NCBI RefSeq assembly: GCF_006345805.1
Contig: NC_042997.1
Location: 136,338,001-136,402,000 of the forward strand
DNA: 64,000 nt
Origin: Octopus sinensis
Lineage: Eukaryota
Reading direction: 5' to 3'
Position 1 is the stretch's first letter. Each line of letters starts with the position of its first letter. The translations under genes and the position numbers were made by a program. This document shows, in pieces, positions 1 through 12,722 of this stretch. Below the pieces are notes generated by a model. The model was not told the DNA's origin. It saw only the letters and a program-made list of their open reading frames with translations, and did not search any database.

Positions 1-140
1 TTCTACCCGCTATTATTTATACCTTTATCTACTTCGTTCCATCGTTATATATAATTTACTTCATATGTATGTCTGCATTTGTGTCTGTATGTACTTATGT
101 ATATACTTATGTATGTATGCATGCATATCCGTGTGTGTGT

Positions 141-173
<33 letters not shown>

Positions 174-662
174 ATTCTTTGTTGAAATTGCACCTGATAA
201 ATACCTCTTCAGCAAGAAATTTCAAGTAACTGTGAAGTAGTCAACTTCAGCAAAAATATACGTGTTTTTCATATAATTACATATAGTTGTATTCGTGTTT
301 ATGCGCCCATAGTTTATGCGCACGAATTTCTGTTTCTGTGAACGTATGTCTGTGTATGTGCGTATCTGTCTGTGAGTCTATGTATGTACGAGTGATTGTG
401 TGTATCTGTGTATGTTTGTAGTGTTTCATGCGTCTTCTGTATATCTTGTTGCGAATTCATAACCATTTCCTTTAAGTGATTGCTATTCGTCGTTCGTTTC
501 TATAGGTTTTACGTCTCAATGTTTAAAATAGTAACCCAGTCTGTTCATTTTGTCAGCTATGGAATGTTTAGAATAGTATTCGCAGCTTCAATGCTATTGA
601 ATTTCTGTAGGCAGTGATAGCTTTTGCTGAATGTGACTTGTACAAGAATCCTTTAAGAGATC

Positions 663-710
<48 letters not shown>

Positions 711-1699
711 TGTGCGTGTGTTTGTGTGTGTGTATTAGTGTGTATGTGTATGGTAGCCTTGCCATGGCCATGTGTACTCACTTGAGTGGAAGTAATTGTG
801 GTAAGGATGTATGAGGTTAGTGGCTTCCGTGTTATGTGTGTGCATGCATGTTTATGTCCATGTTTACCTTGGATTTATTCATATATATACCTGTATTTAT
901 CTAGTTATTGATCGCTTATTTTTTAGCGTATTTATGTAAGCATACTGTAGAACTTCTATACGTATGTATATAATTGTGATCATGTGTGTATGATGGATAT
1001 AAGTTCATTTTAAATATGGGGATGTTGGGAGAGTCTATAAGTGGGGATTAATGCATGAATTTCCTTGTACCTAAGTAGAGTTGTTTGACTCGTTCATACC
1101 GGAGAACATTGTACACCTTGTCGATCAATAAGCTGCAGGTTTTTCAACTGAAGGTTTGATGGAGCGATAATTATCTCTGCTGGGTTATGTTATGTTCATG
1201 GATAAAATCACATACTGAACCACTCCACCTAATTATAAATATGTATTATATGTTGTTGATAGTCTTGCTACTGGTGGTGGTGTTACTAGTGATGCTGTAG
1301 TTGGCGATGTTATTGTTGTTGTTGTTGTTGTTGTTGTTGTGTGTGTATGTACCAGCGAGACCCGAGAAAATTCAATGATTATGAAATTTATCTATATCTC
1401 GATATGCAAATTTTATATCGTGTTAGCATTATTTTGTAATTTTAAGGAATTTTATGATAATGTGCTAGACAACGGATTGAGGCTATTGAAAATTTAGGCT
1501 TTAGATAGTTTATTGTCTTAGTAACTATATAATAAATAGTAAACATATATAAATCATTGTAAGTTTAACAAAAAATATTTGAAAACCAGATAAAAAGTTT
1601 CAGAAGATTCCAGTATTTTGTTCATACCTTGTCCTATCTAATATTTAACAGTGCATGTCGTGGTATACGTTTTTCGTAACATACTTTCCTCGTTTTCTT

Positions 1700-3900
1700 T
1701 ACTTACTAGTCTGGATAACTCCAGATTCGGTTATTTCCAAAAGGAGACATGTAACTTTCCAAGACTGAACACTGGTAATGGTAAATATATTGCTACTTTA
1801 TTGAAAGTCTGACCTTGTAAATTATTCATAGTCACAGAATATGTTAAGCGTAGATGAAATTTAATCGTTTCCATTTTAAATAGTAAATATGCGTCAGTAC
1901 TATTTTATTTCAAGGTATATGGTTAAACTATCACATTATCAAAGCTTCAATAGAATTTTGATAAAGTCCGAGACCTCGAGTCTGGTTCTGCTGCAAAATC
2001 CTTGTTTAATGCTCAATTGCATAAAAGCATCGCAACTATTCCTCTTTTCGAACTTAGAACTTGTGATGGCATTCCAGAAGAAGTGGATGAGTTCCGTAGT
2101 TCAACAGAACAGTGCTCAGCTTCCAAATAGTCGTCACTTATTGATTTATTTATTCTTAAATAATTTTGACATTATATCAGATATCTCCACATCACATTCG
2201 ATAAATGGCTGACTTGTTACTGAAGCAGTCTCATTTGCAATTTGAATTGATTTGCAATCTCTTTCTGTAACTCAGTAGAACGCAAATTTGGGGTTAACTT
2301 ATATTGTTTGTAATACATTCCCAGATGATAGCACTTAATAATGATAGCAGCTTTGTGACTCGCAGTATTATGGATAAAACTTGCCTGAAGTATTTTGTCT
2401 CCTAAAGGTCTACGTACACCCGTTATTCCTTGTTGGCATTTATATATCTCACATTGGAGAAATGCGAATATCATTGGCATTTCATCAATTTGCCAGGCGT
2501 TGACTTGATCAGAAGTCGCAAATATATTGCACGTACTCACCTCTATCAGATGCACAGGTAATTTGAATATACTCTAGACTATTCCACCTCTTGTTGTCAA
2601 GATAGCGGCAATGCATGTCCCCGCTGCACATAATACCTGTCGTATTTGCTTCTAAGACGAGTTATAAGCGTAGCTATATAAGTGTAAAGAAGTATGTTTT
2701 ACCATATTATCGAGGGGCATCAATATAAAACAAGTTATTTGCAGCGATTTTTCTTTTAACAAATTCCTCAACAGGATCAATGAGGATAGATACTGCTGGT
2801 AGCTTGGTAGCTTTATTCATTTTAGCAATGATAAAATCAATGTTAGGATGAAGGATGTCTTATATATTGATGCTTTTTAGGACATGTTTGCAATGTTCGG
2901 ATTAACCGATTCTTTCACAATTTGCTGTTTTTCAGTTAGGACTTTAGCCAGCTTTAACTCAACGCCTCTTAACAAAACAAATCTTCTGTCATAGCTTGTT
3001 TGTGTAGTTCCGTAACTGTACAACATGTATGGGATGGCATTGTGCATCTAACAGTCGGAGTCGAATTCATGCCTTCTTGAAGGTCGGCATAATTTCTCAT
3101 TCAACAGATTTCATAGATATTTTGCATCAAGAATATTAAGTGGAAATGAAATTTTTCCGGATATTTCCAGATTACTCAACGTATGTGGTTAATTACATTG
3201 TGGTTACTTTTTAGCTTCCACTTCCTTTCTCTCATTGAAAATAAATATGAATGGAAGTTTCACAGTAGAAAAATTATGTGCATTCACATCAAGATTATTC
3301 AGCGAAAACACTCTCGAATCTGATCTACAAGGTAGACGGCTTGCCTGATTGTCTGTAAACTGTTAAATGTATCATATATCTTGTAGTGTGAAAACCGCCA
3401 TGTGGCTTCAAGAGAGTACACGTAGTTACAGGTAAGGTAGGGTATCTCACCATAGTGAACTTGCGGATCCATTTCTCACTTAAAGTCATCAAAAGCAATT
3501 AGTGCAATGATAGGTGCATTGGCAGCATTGTAAGCTGTTTCTGTAGAAACATAATCATATCCTTTGTAAAACGTATTTAAAGATATATTTGAAAATTTTT
3601 TTTACAGATGAACATATAAAAAGCCTAATGAGAATGCGATGATTTTTTTAATAGAATGTGTTATACAGCTATGATTATCAATGAAACAGTATTCAACTTG
3701 TACTCTGACTCCGCTATCGCATTGGTGTTCATGTTAGCAGTTTACTTTTAAAAATGCTTCTTCTTAGTCGCTTTTAGGGAACACATTTTCCATATAAGAA
3801 GACGATGATTTTTCATCACCACAGGATCTGTATATCAGATTTTTTCACATGCTCATAGTTTCCTATCTTCGTTTCCATTCAATGTTTCTCATGGAATTAA
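1700..3900 (-). mobile_element. Degenerate Helitron RepHel remnant (end of Rep domain plus PIF1-type helicase)
   Basis: Manual minus-strand translation shows ordered but stop/frameshift-broken motifs: FKYIFKYV (Rep KYLFKY-like, ~3580), FYIDAP..GKTY (Walker A-like, ~2700-2730), CAAGTCIAAILTTRGG (~2590-2630), IDEMPM (ORF 2217-2555), TMNNLQGQTFNKVAIYLPLPVFSLGKLHVS (~1740-1835, matching TINKSQGQ...VFSHGQLYV). Confidence 0.75.
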
Positions 3901-4349
3901 TGTCTCAAAATCAATAATTAATTAATTAAATACTCAATCTCAATTTCTTATTCGATTTTCGTATCTAATAGTATTTAGCACATAGCATTGGGAAAGACCG
4001 CATTTTTGAAATCCGGTCATATGAACATAAACAACTGGCTATCCAAAGACATGCTGCACCAACATTAAGTCATTCAGTAACTCAGTAAAGTGGGAGTTGT
4101 ACGCTCTAGCTATTAAGTCTGGCTAATTTACCACGGTGTCATTTCGCTTTAGACCATTTGCAATTTATGATACGTTAGAATATGACCAGATTTGTCGTAT
4201 TTCCATTCTAATGTTATAGCATTTTGAAAGTATTGGTGCCTGTTACATAGTTTCATAGCAAATGAAGGACGTATAGCTATACTCCCAGTTCTAAATACTG
4301 GTTTTCTCTAGCTGCAAGGTGATCTATCAGTTGAGATTGGTTGCATCCT

Positions 4350-4450
<101 letters not shown>

Positions 4451-5009
4451 GTACTTCCAACTGTGGAAGTGTCCTGATACGAATAATTCTTATCTTTGAT
4501 GGCTTTCTACGTATTTCGTATTTGCCCAAGTACGGCTCTGTCCCTTAAATGATCAAGACAAACGCAGAAACGCCCATCTCAATGACATCCATACGTAACT
4601 GAGAATTGTTTTGTTGACCTTCAGCTCAATCTGCCTCATCAACTGTGCTACAGAGACAGATGAAAGTACGAAGATGAAGTTTTCAAAATGGCTCACAATT
4701 CTACAATCAATGGAAGGTCGTATATGCGTTTTCGGTTGGTTTGGCGTACTGAGAGAATTTTTTCTAACAATAGCAGGACAATTTTCGTTCTCATTATTTC
4801 TCACCAATGTATATTATCTCTTGCTAAATCGTACATAATACAGAATGAAGACGTATCTATTACATAAAAACAAAATTAAAATGAATAAACAAAGAATAAA
4901 ATCCGGTAATATGACACATTCACCATCCTATCATATGCGTCTTATGTCATTTACTTCAAGGCAATGATGAAAAGTGGGTCGTTCTCTCCATCCTCACCCG
5001 ACTCTCTGT

Positions 5010-5013
5010 CCCA

Positions 5014-5053
<40 letters not shown>

Positions 5054-5135
5054 TTTCTCTCTCTCTCTTTCTCTCTCTCTCTTTCTCTCTTTCTCTCTCT
5101 CTCTCTCTTTCTCTCTCTCCCTCTCTCTCTCTCTA
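5010..5135. repeat. (CT)n-rich microsatellite
   Basis: Directly visible. Confidence 0.9.
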
Positions 5136-6218
5136 CCTACATACTTATATACATAGATAAATAGATTCATACATACATACATACATACATACATATGTGT
5201 GACAGTGTGTATGTATTTTCTCTCCTTTACCCGTTCTCCCATGGATTCCCTCTCTCTCTCTCTATCTCTCTATCTATATATATCTCTCTCTTTCTCTCTC
5301 TCTTTCTCTCTCTCTCTCCTTTTCTCAATCTCTTTCATTAGTTACCTAATCCCTCCTCTCAGGTTCACTCCATGTCACTCTCTCTTTTCCTTAGATACTT
5401 CGTTTCGGTATTATGTCATGTGTTCTCTATTTTCTTCTTCTTCTATCTCCCTCCATGTCGCCTCCTCTTTCGCTTTGTCTTACTGAATACCACCTGTGTA
5501 CATATCCACGATTGTACACACACGTGCAAACAATTACACAAAATACGAACATACGCAAACATGAACCCATGATCATATAACTGTGTGTCTGTATATCCGT
5601 GAATATCTCTATATCGTCCTACCTAGCAAAAAACCTTAGTAGAGGAATCATACACGCATATCAACATACGTACATACAGGTACATACATACATACATACA
5701 CACATGCGGGACTGTGTGTGTATGTGTACTTCTCTTTGATCATGTATATGTATATATATGCGTGTGTGTGTGTGTATGAAATGCGTATATGCGTGCAGTG
5801 TTGAAATACTGTTTTGGATGGGTATGATGTTACCAGGTAATTAAGTTGCCACAATGCGTAGTTCCTGTATATCTATTCTATATCTATAGTATGATCTTTT
5901 GTAGGTGCAGTATGGCCGAACGGATGCGCATAATGTGTACGATTATGTGTAAATGTCATTTGCTATAACCTCAGGCCAACGGATACCCTGTGAAGGAATC
6001 CGGGTGGTCAAAAACTATATATTCGATTGGCTTAAATGCTTTCTTACACCTCATGTCACGGTGATTCTGCCTAAGAATTATCTTGATAGTACACACGTCT
6101 GGAATGTTCTGCCAGTTGGACAATAATTCGGGAGTAGTTAATTCACTTGATCAAACAATTGAATTCCCTTCTTCGAACGACAGAGATCAACCACCGTGTA
6201 GTGATCTTCTATTTCTAG

Positions 6219-6314
6219 ATCAGTCAAAAATTGGAAAAGCTATAAATCACTGAAGGGGTCTTATAAAACCGCCCTATATGCCAAATATCAGATTCAATTT
6301 TTATTAACCCTGAG
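6219..6314 (+). CDS. Candidate 96-nt internal exon of an unidentified host gene (SVKNWKSYKSLKGSYKTALYAKYQIQFLLTL)
   Basis: Acceptor tcttctatttctag, consensus donor GAG|gtaagt; only one frame (phase 2-2) is open. No homology recognised. Confidence 0.3.
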
Positions 6315-6544
6315 GTAAGTGTGTCTATTTCCTCATGAATGCGTAATACTAATACTAATTTTAATTAAAATTCACGAGTTGTTGACTCTTTGTCATGACC
6401 AGGATTTTCACTTATTAATGCTATTATTAACTTCTCTCACTACATTAATTACAATAAAGATCACTCGGCTTCATATTTATTTAGATTCATACATGCCTGT
6501 GTGTGCGTTTGTGCATGTATGTGTGCGTATGTGTTGATATGTAT

Positions 6545-6560
6545 GTATATATACATATAC

Positions 6561-6640
<80 letters not shown>
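6545..6640. repeat. (TA)n microsatellite
   Basis: Directly visible. Confidence 0.95.
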
Positions 6641-6641
<1 letters not shown>

Positions 6642-6764
6642 CAGTTATAAAATGAGATAGGGGTTGTAAATTCACCCTCCATGGGATAACATATATCCAA
6701 TATACTGCTAGAGAGGTACCCAACAAGACTAATACATAAATGTTAAAAATTGCGGTGCAATTAA

Positions 6765-6813
<49 letters not shown>

Positions 6814-6869
6814 ATCTATATATATATGTGGTGTATGTATGAATATATACATTGAGAAATATTGAAAAT

Positions 6870-8425
6870 ATATTGTGGGACATTGTTTTGTTGTAAGAGG
6901 AGAGTTCCGACTGCTATGTTTCCCTAAGTCTGGTGTAATATTCTCGGATCACTCTATCTTCATTCACAGTGCTTTCATATGATACATCTTCGTCTATGCC
7001 TAGGTACTTGTAACATTCTTTGTGTTGAATGGGGGAGATAGAGAGACCGTTGATGCACAGGTTTCGGGTTTGGGTGACTGACTTTCCTCGTTCTATAACC
7101 AAATATGAACATTTCTTTTGGCCAAATTCCATGCCTATATCAGCTGAAAATGTTATTAATACTAGTTGTTTTTTGGCATTGTTAACATTTTAGCATAAAT
7201 CTTGAGGTCGTCTACAAAGAAACTGAGTTACATTGATATTTGTAGCAGTTGAAGATCCTAACATGTAACCATTTGTTTTCTGCAATAGGAACGATAAAGG
7301 ATTCTGTGCCAAAATGAAAAGAAGTACAGAAATGCTATCTCCCTGGAATATTCCTTTGAAATGCCTATACTATCAGAAACAATTCTGTTCTCAGTTGCAA
7401 GGGTAAGAATTGTTGTCCATGTCTTTGTGAGTCTCTCTATAGCAGCAATTAAGGTAGTAGGTACTTTTGCCAGATGTAGGCACTTCAACAGCATTGAATG
7501 AGGGATAGAGTTGAATGCCTTCCTATAGTCAAGCCATACTGTCACAAGGTTTCTACATTGTTTTCTTATTTCTGACAATACAGCTATGTTTATTAAAAAT
7601 TGTTCGGCACATCCCCATACTCCCTTCTTTTCACCAGCTTGTTCATCAGTCACAATGTTGTCCGACTCCCAATGGTCCTGGAGGAATTGGCTGAGGCAGC
7701 TTGTGTACAATTTGTACATAATATTTAGGCAAATTATTAGCCTGTAATTTCCTGCCATCTCGATGATTTCATTTTTGGCAACAAGAACTGTCCTTGCTGT
7801 AACAAGCCAATTTGGTATATCAGTCTGACCTTCCATAGTCCTTTTGAACATACATATCAATTGGTTTCTATAAAACGTCAGCTTCTTGTACTAATATTCA
7901 ACTATTAGGTCCCTTCCAGGTTCCTTCCCATTCTGCAGTTTGCCTACTGCTATAGCGAAGGTTTCTGCATCAATTTTTTATGTTTAACTGTTAGTGTTGG
8001 TACAGTATTCTCTCTCAATTGTATTTAACCATTATTCGTTCAGGTTGAAATCCCTCTTTCCGTTTCAAATTTTTGACAAGAATGCTTGTAAAACTTCTTG
8101 GGAGGGACCTTTCTTAATGGTAATGTTTTCCTTCTTCATTTCTCTCAATGCTCGTGAGTTGGAAGTAAACTTGCGATTGATACTGGCTCGTTCAAAAATT
8201 CGCATGCGATAGCAGAGTTTCTCGCTCATGGTCCTGAATTCATATTTTAAAGTAATTAGCATTCCCTCAAAATATCGGTATCAAGAGTTGCCATAAAGTA
8301 TCGTAGAGTTGATGAGGTGTAAACTCATTTTTCTCCTTACATTTTATTGTTGTGGTTAACCATCCGATATGGCAGCGCACGTTGTTGATGTTTTCTTCAA
8401 GTTTTATTTTCCATCTAGCTTGCTT
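6870..8425 (-). mobile_element. R4/Dong-like (RLE-class) non-LTR retrotransposon RT fragment, truncated at both ends
   Basis: ORF 7258-7860: IPNWLVTARTVLVAK..NYRLIICLNIMYK..EQAGEKKGVWGCAEQFLIN..WLDYRKAFNSIPH; FVDDLKIYAK at ~7190-7220; ADIGMEFGQKKC..YKYLGI in ORF 6914-7132. These motifs are typical of R4/Dong-clade RTs. Confidence 0.8.
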
Positions 8426-10283
8426 CCATATGCATGCATGTATGCATGTACGTATGTATGTACGTATGTATGCATGTATGTACGTACGTATGTATGTATG
8501 TGCATGTGTGTGTGTTTGTGTGTGGGGGAAATTATAAATAAGTATTGAAATTATAAATAAGTAGTGGATAATCTGAAAGGCGGTGAAAAAGAGAAACAAA
8601 ACCTACATAATAAGATTAGTATAGGGGTAGAAAGATAAACAGAAAAGGTTTCCTTTTAAATATGGAGAGTAACTGATAAAAAAATTTAATATGAAGGAAA
8701 GCTGGATTGAAGAAATTATAGATAGTTGTATGGGTTGTGGAAGAAACAAATTAGTGAATTTTAATGCAAGGTATTTAAAGTGTATGCTAAGTACCTTGAA
8801 GCGAGATTAACCCAGTTGTTCTTTAAGATCATTAACAGTTATTGAAATTGTCAAATATGAAACTGAATTTAGTCTTGTTAAGGTATTTAGTTATGTGTAA
8901 AAGTATAGCAAAGCTGTGGGAAGAGAACCGAGGTAGTATGAATAAATCAATGATAGAAGAGAATAATGTTTAAAGAATTATAGATATCTAAAGAGAAAAT
9001 ATGATTTAAGTGTTCTTATAATAAAGTTAAGATTCTTATTGATGTTTGTGTGTATGAGAACTAAGTTGAGCATTTCGAAATTAAATATAATAAATTAAAT
9101 TTAGTGTCAGGTTAAAAATGAAGAGTTAATGTTGATATTTTCATTCACGGGGGAAATCACACCGACTGCTGAATGTAAATTGCAACTTTTATATTTAAAA
9201 AATTTAAAGAAATCAGAGAGTTGAGTCGGGGAGTCATTGGCAGAATTTGAAAATGGCGTATCTTCATTAACGAACTGGGAGCGTTATGTGTAGAGTTAAG
9301 AATTTAAAAAGTGGGTTAAAACCCCACTTTTTAAACTAAAACAAGAGATAATCATAAATTATAACGAATAGATTGAGCTAAAGAGCATTACTTTACGAAA
9401 TTAACTTAATAAGATATTTAAAATATAAAATTATAAGGTAAAATAAATATAAAATATGCTACATTTTCCCTTAGAATAACAGTTGTAACTCTAACTGTTC
9501 ACATTTACCTTGGTATTCCATTTAATTTATTTCAATTTGATAATTATATAATAGCTTTCATACATCCAAGCACATAATTATCGTAATTGATTTTACGAAA
9601 GCTAAATCTTATAGTTTCTCGTCTTCAGAGACATATAACCAATTTACCTCTGTCTCACTATTTTATTTAACTTTTTTATCTTACTTTTAAAAACTAATTA
9701 ATCATTTACTCAACTAAATTTAGCTTTACATTTCTTAATATTGCAAACATTTGATGACGTTCAGCTCAGAAACTAAGTTATTCCCTGACAACTTTTAATT
9801 AACATACATCCTACTATCGTTTTCACTTGAATTCATCATTCCATTTTACCACCGTCTCATGGTATACAATTAGGTATTTTTAATCCCATCTTTTTTTACA
9901 TTCATTTGGCCGCAGGCAAATGACTGAAACAAGTAAAACAATAAGAGAACAAAAGAATGAGTGGCTCTGTGGTAAGCAGCTTGTCTACCAACCACATGGT
10001 TCCACGTTAAGTCCCACTGTGTGGAACCTTGAACAAGAGTCTTCTACTATAGCCTGGGGCCGACCAAAGCCTTGTGAGTGGATTTGGTAGGCGCAAACTG
10101 AAAGAATTCTATCGTACATATATAACATATATATATATATATATTTATATTATATTGAGGGTACTACTATTCGTAGATACAAACACGCTAAGAGGGACCA
10201 ATGCGGTCAAAACTACTAAAAATAAACAAAATTTTACCGAATGCAAAACTTCAAAACACATCATTTTAAAAAGAATTCAGTAT

Positions 10284-10335
<52 letters not shown>

Positions 10336-10379
10336 AATAAATATTAGGGAATGAATATTGCTATTTTTAGATCGAAAAT

Positions 10380-10423
10380 CCACCTGAAGATTGTCGGTAG
10401 CAGACATGAAACATTTGTAGTGG
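10380..10423 (+). ncRNA. Minimal type I hammerhead-ribozyme-like motif (Penelope-type)
   Basis: ccac-CTGAAGA-t.tgtc(ggtagca)gaca.t-GAAA-catttg-TA-gtgg: canonical core, stem I ccac/gtgg, stem II tgtc/gaca, short stem III. Confidence 0.5.
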
Positions 10424-10513
10424 CGGTTTATTTAATTTATATAAAAATTTTATGTATTGATTAAGTCTTTCCTTGTTTGATTTTAAAATAGTGGGTTTGT
10501 CTCGAATTAATAT

Positions 10514-10593
<80 letters not shown>

Positions 10594-10609
10594 GATATAT
10601 TATATTATA

Positions 10610-10680
<71 letters not shown>

Positions 10681-10682
<2 letters not shown>

Positions 10683-10971
10683 GGAGGCGCAATGACCTAG
10701 TGGTTAGGGCAGCGAACTCGCGGTCGAAGGATCGCGGTTTCGATTCCCAGACCGGGCGTTGTGTGTGTTTATTGAGCGAAAACACCTTAAAGCTCCACGA
10801 GGCTCTGGCAGGGGGTGGTGATCCTTGCTGTACTCTTTCACCACTCTTTCTCTCATTCTTTCTTCTGTTGGCCTGCTCGCTTAGCCAGCGGGGTGGCGTC
10901 ATTCGAAGGCTAAAGCAATGCGAACGCATTTAGACCAGCGATGTGTAGCAACATCTGATGGTCTGGTCGGT

Positions 10972-10978
<7 letters not shown>
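10681..10978 (+). mobile_element. tRNA-derived SINE (different family) nested within SINE A
   Basis: Pol III A-box-like tagtggttagg and B-box-like ggtttcgattccc head, followed by a non-tRNA body ending in (TA)n. Confidence 0.75.
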
Positions 10979-11018
<40 letters not shown>

Positions 11019-11491
11019 CATGTGTATATATGTTAGGCTGTGTGTGTTTGTCCGCCCAACATAGCTTGACAACCGATGCTGGTGTGTTTACGTCTCTGTA
11101 ACATAGCGGTTCGGCAAAAGAGAACCAATAGAATAAGTACTAGGCTTACAAAGAATAAGTCCTGGGATCGATTCGCTCGGATAAAGGTGGTAATCCAGCA
11201 TGGCTACAAATCAAAGACTGAAACAAGTAAAAGAATAAAAGAATATATAAAAAAAAGCTTCATTTTGTAGTTCCATTGGAGAAAGCTACACAAGCACTTA
11301 GCTATGAATGCATTGCAGCTTATAGCAGAGACACCACGACGCTAATGAAATTCATGATAACATTTCTTATTCACTTGTCATTGATTTAAAAATATTACTG
11401 CACTGTACTCTACTGATACTTTGTTGTGAAGCATACATATATTGAGTTCTAACTCCAGGTTATTAGTATCAATATCGGCATACCTCAGTGA

Positions 11492-11533
<42 letters not shown>

Positions 11534-11639
11534 ATATATACATAAAAGAGGCAGGCAACAGGTTGCTTAGCCACATACCGAAAGATTCGAAAAGATATTA
11601 TTTACTCTTATTATGTATATATAGGGATAGTTTACGAAA

Positions 11640-11775
11640 AAAGCAAAAGACGAAGACAGGTGGTGTACAGAACAAACATATGTATTAGTATAACGTTCAG
11701 GAATAGAAAAAGTCTTTTACGTTTCGAGCCTACGCTCTTCTACAGAAAGGGACACAGAAAAAAACAAAGATAAAA
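11640..11775 (-). mobile_element. Penelope-like terminal-repeat fragment carrying a hammerhead-like motif (11714-11749)
   Basis: Minus strand reads cttt-CTGTAGA-agagc(gtag)gctc-GAAA-cg-TA-aaag; related copies at 20978 and 52795. Confidence 0.5.
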
Positions 11776-12127
11776 CTGCCTTAGTCATACATATATATAA
11801 ATGTATGTATGTATGTTGTGTGTGGGGACTATTTCTTTTACCTTTGTGCCTTTGACAAGAATATCATGAATGTAAACGGGATTTTTTCCTTTTTGTGGCG
11901 GGTGAAATTTTAATCGATTAAATTTCTTTATGGAATTGGGTTACTGCATTGCACATGTTCTTCACGAGACGGTACTCTTGGATGAATTTTCTATTCAGTT
12001 ATTTTAAATTGCTTTATAAATAGAAACGGCGGTGCATCAGCATGGCCACAGCTCTAAGCTGAAACCAGAGAAAAAAAAAATAAATAAATGTCTTTTTCTT
12101 AAAACCAATGTGTATTTTTACTGTCAG

Positions 12128-12138
12128 CCTAAGTATAG
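12128..12138 (+). CDS. Candidate 11-nt micro-exon CCTAAGTATAG
   Basis: Flanked by tttttactgtcag acceptor and consensus gtaagt donor. Such a short match could be chance. Confidence 0.25.
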
Positions 12139-12427
12139 GTAAGTACGAGTTAGATTATGCTTCGCTGAGAAGAGAAACAATTATCGAAACAAGTACATAT
12201 TTACTACAGACCAGATTTGTACGAACCATAGATCCGACACATACCCCACTGAATGATTCCATTCCGTTTGATAAGTTTGAATGTTGGAGTTGTCACCTTT
12301 AAATTATCGAACGTCATTAATTATATCTTTTTACAAGTACAGTTTTAATTCAGTTATTTTTTTTTTTTGGTCACGACACTAAGTTTATTTTCTCTCAGGT
12401 ATATGCGTGTGCGCGTATAAACAGTGG

Positions 12428-12479
<52 letters not shown>

Positions 12480-12499
12480 GAGAGAGAGAGAGAGAAATA

Positions 12500-12722
<223 letters not shown>

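Larger units (their letters stand above)
9958..11250 (+). mobile_element. tRNA-derived SINE (family A) split by nested insertions in its internal (TA)n
   Basis: 5' half (gtggtaagcagctt..aagccttgtgagtggatttggtag..aaactgaaag) at 9958-10115 and 3' half (tgtttgtcc..cttgacaaccgatgctgg..actgaaacaagtaaaag) at ~11030-11250 match the contiguous copies at 21840 and 62565. Confidence 0.75.

Noticed and set aside
10683-10760. tRNA gene
   Set aside because: It has A/B-box-like motifs but no complete cloverleaf and continues into a SINE body, so it is a tRNA-derived SINE head.
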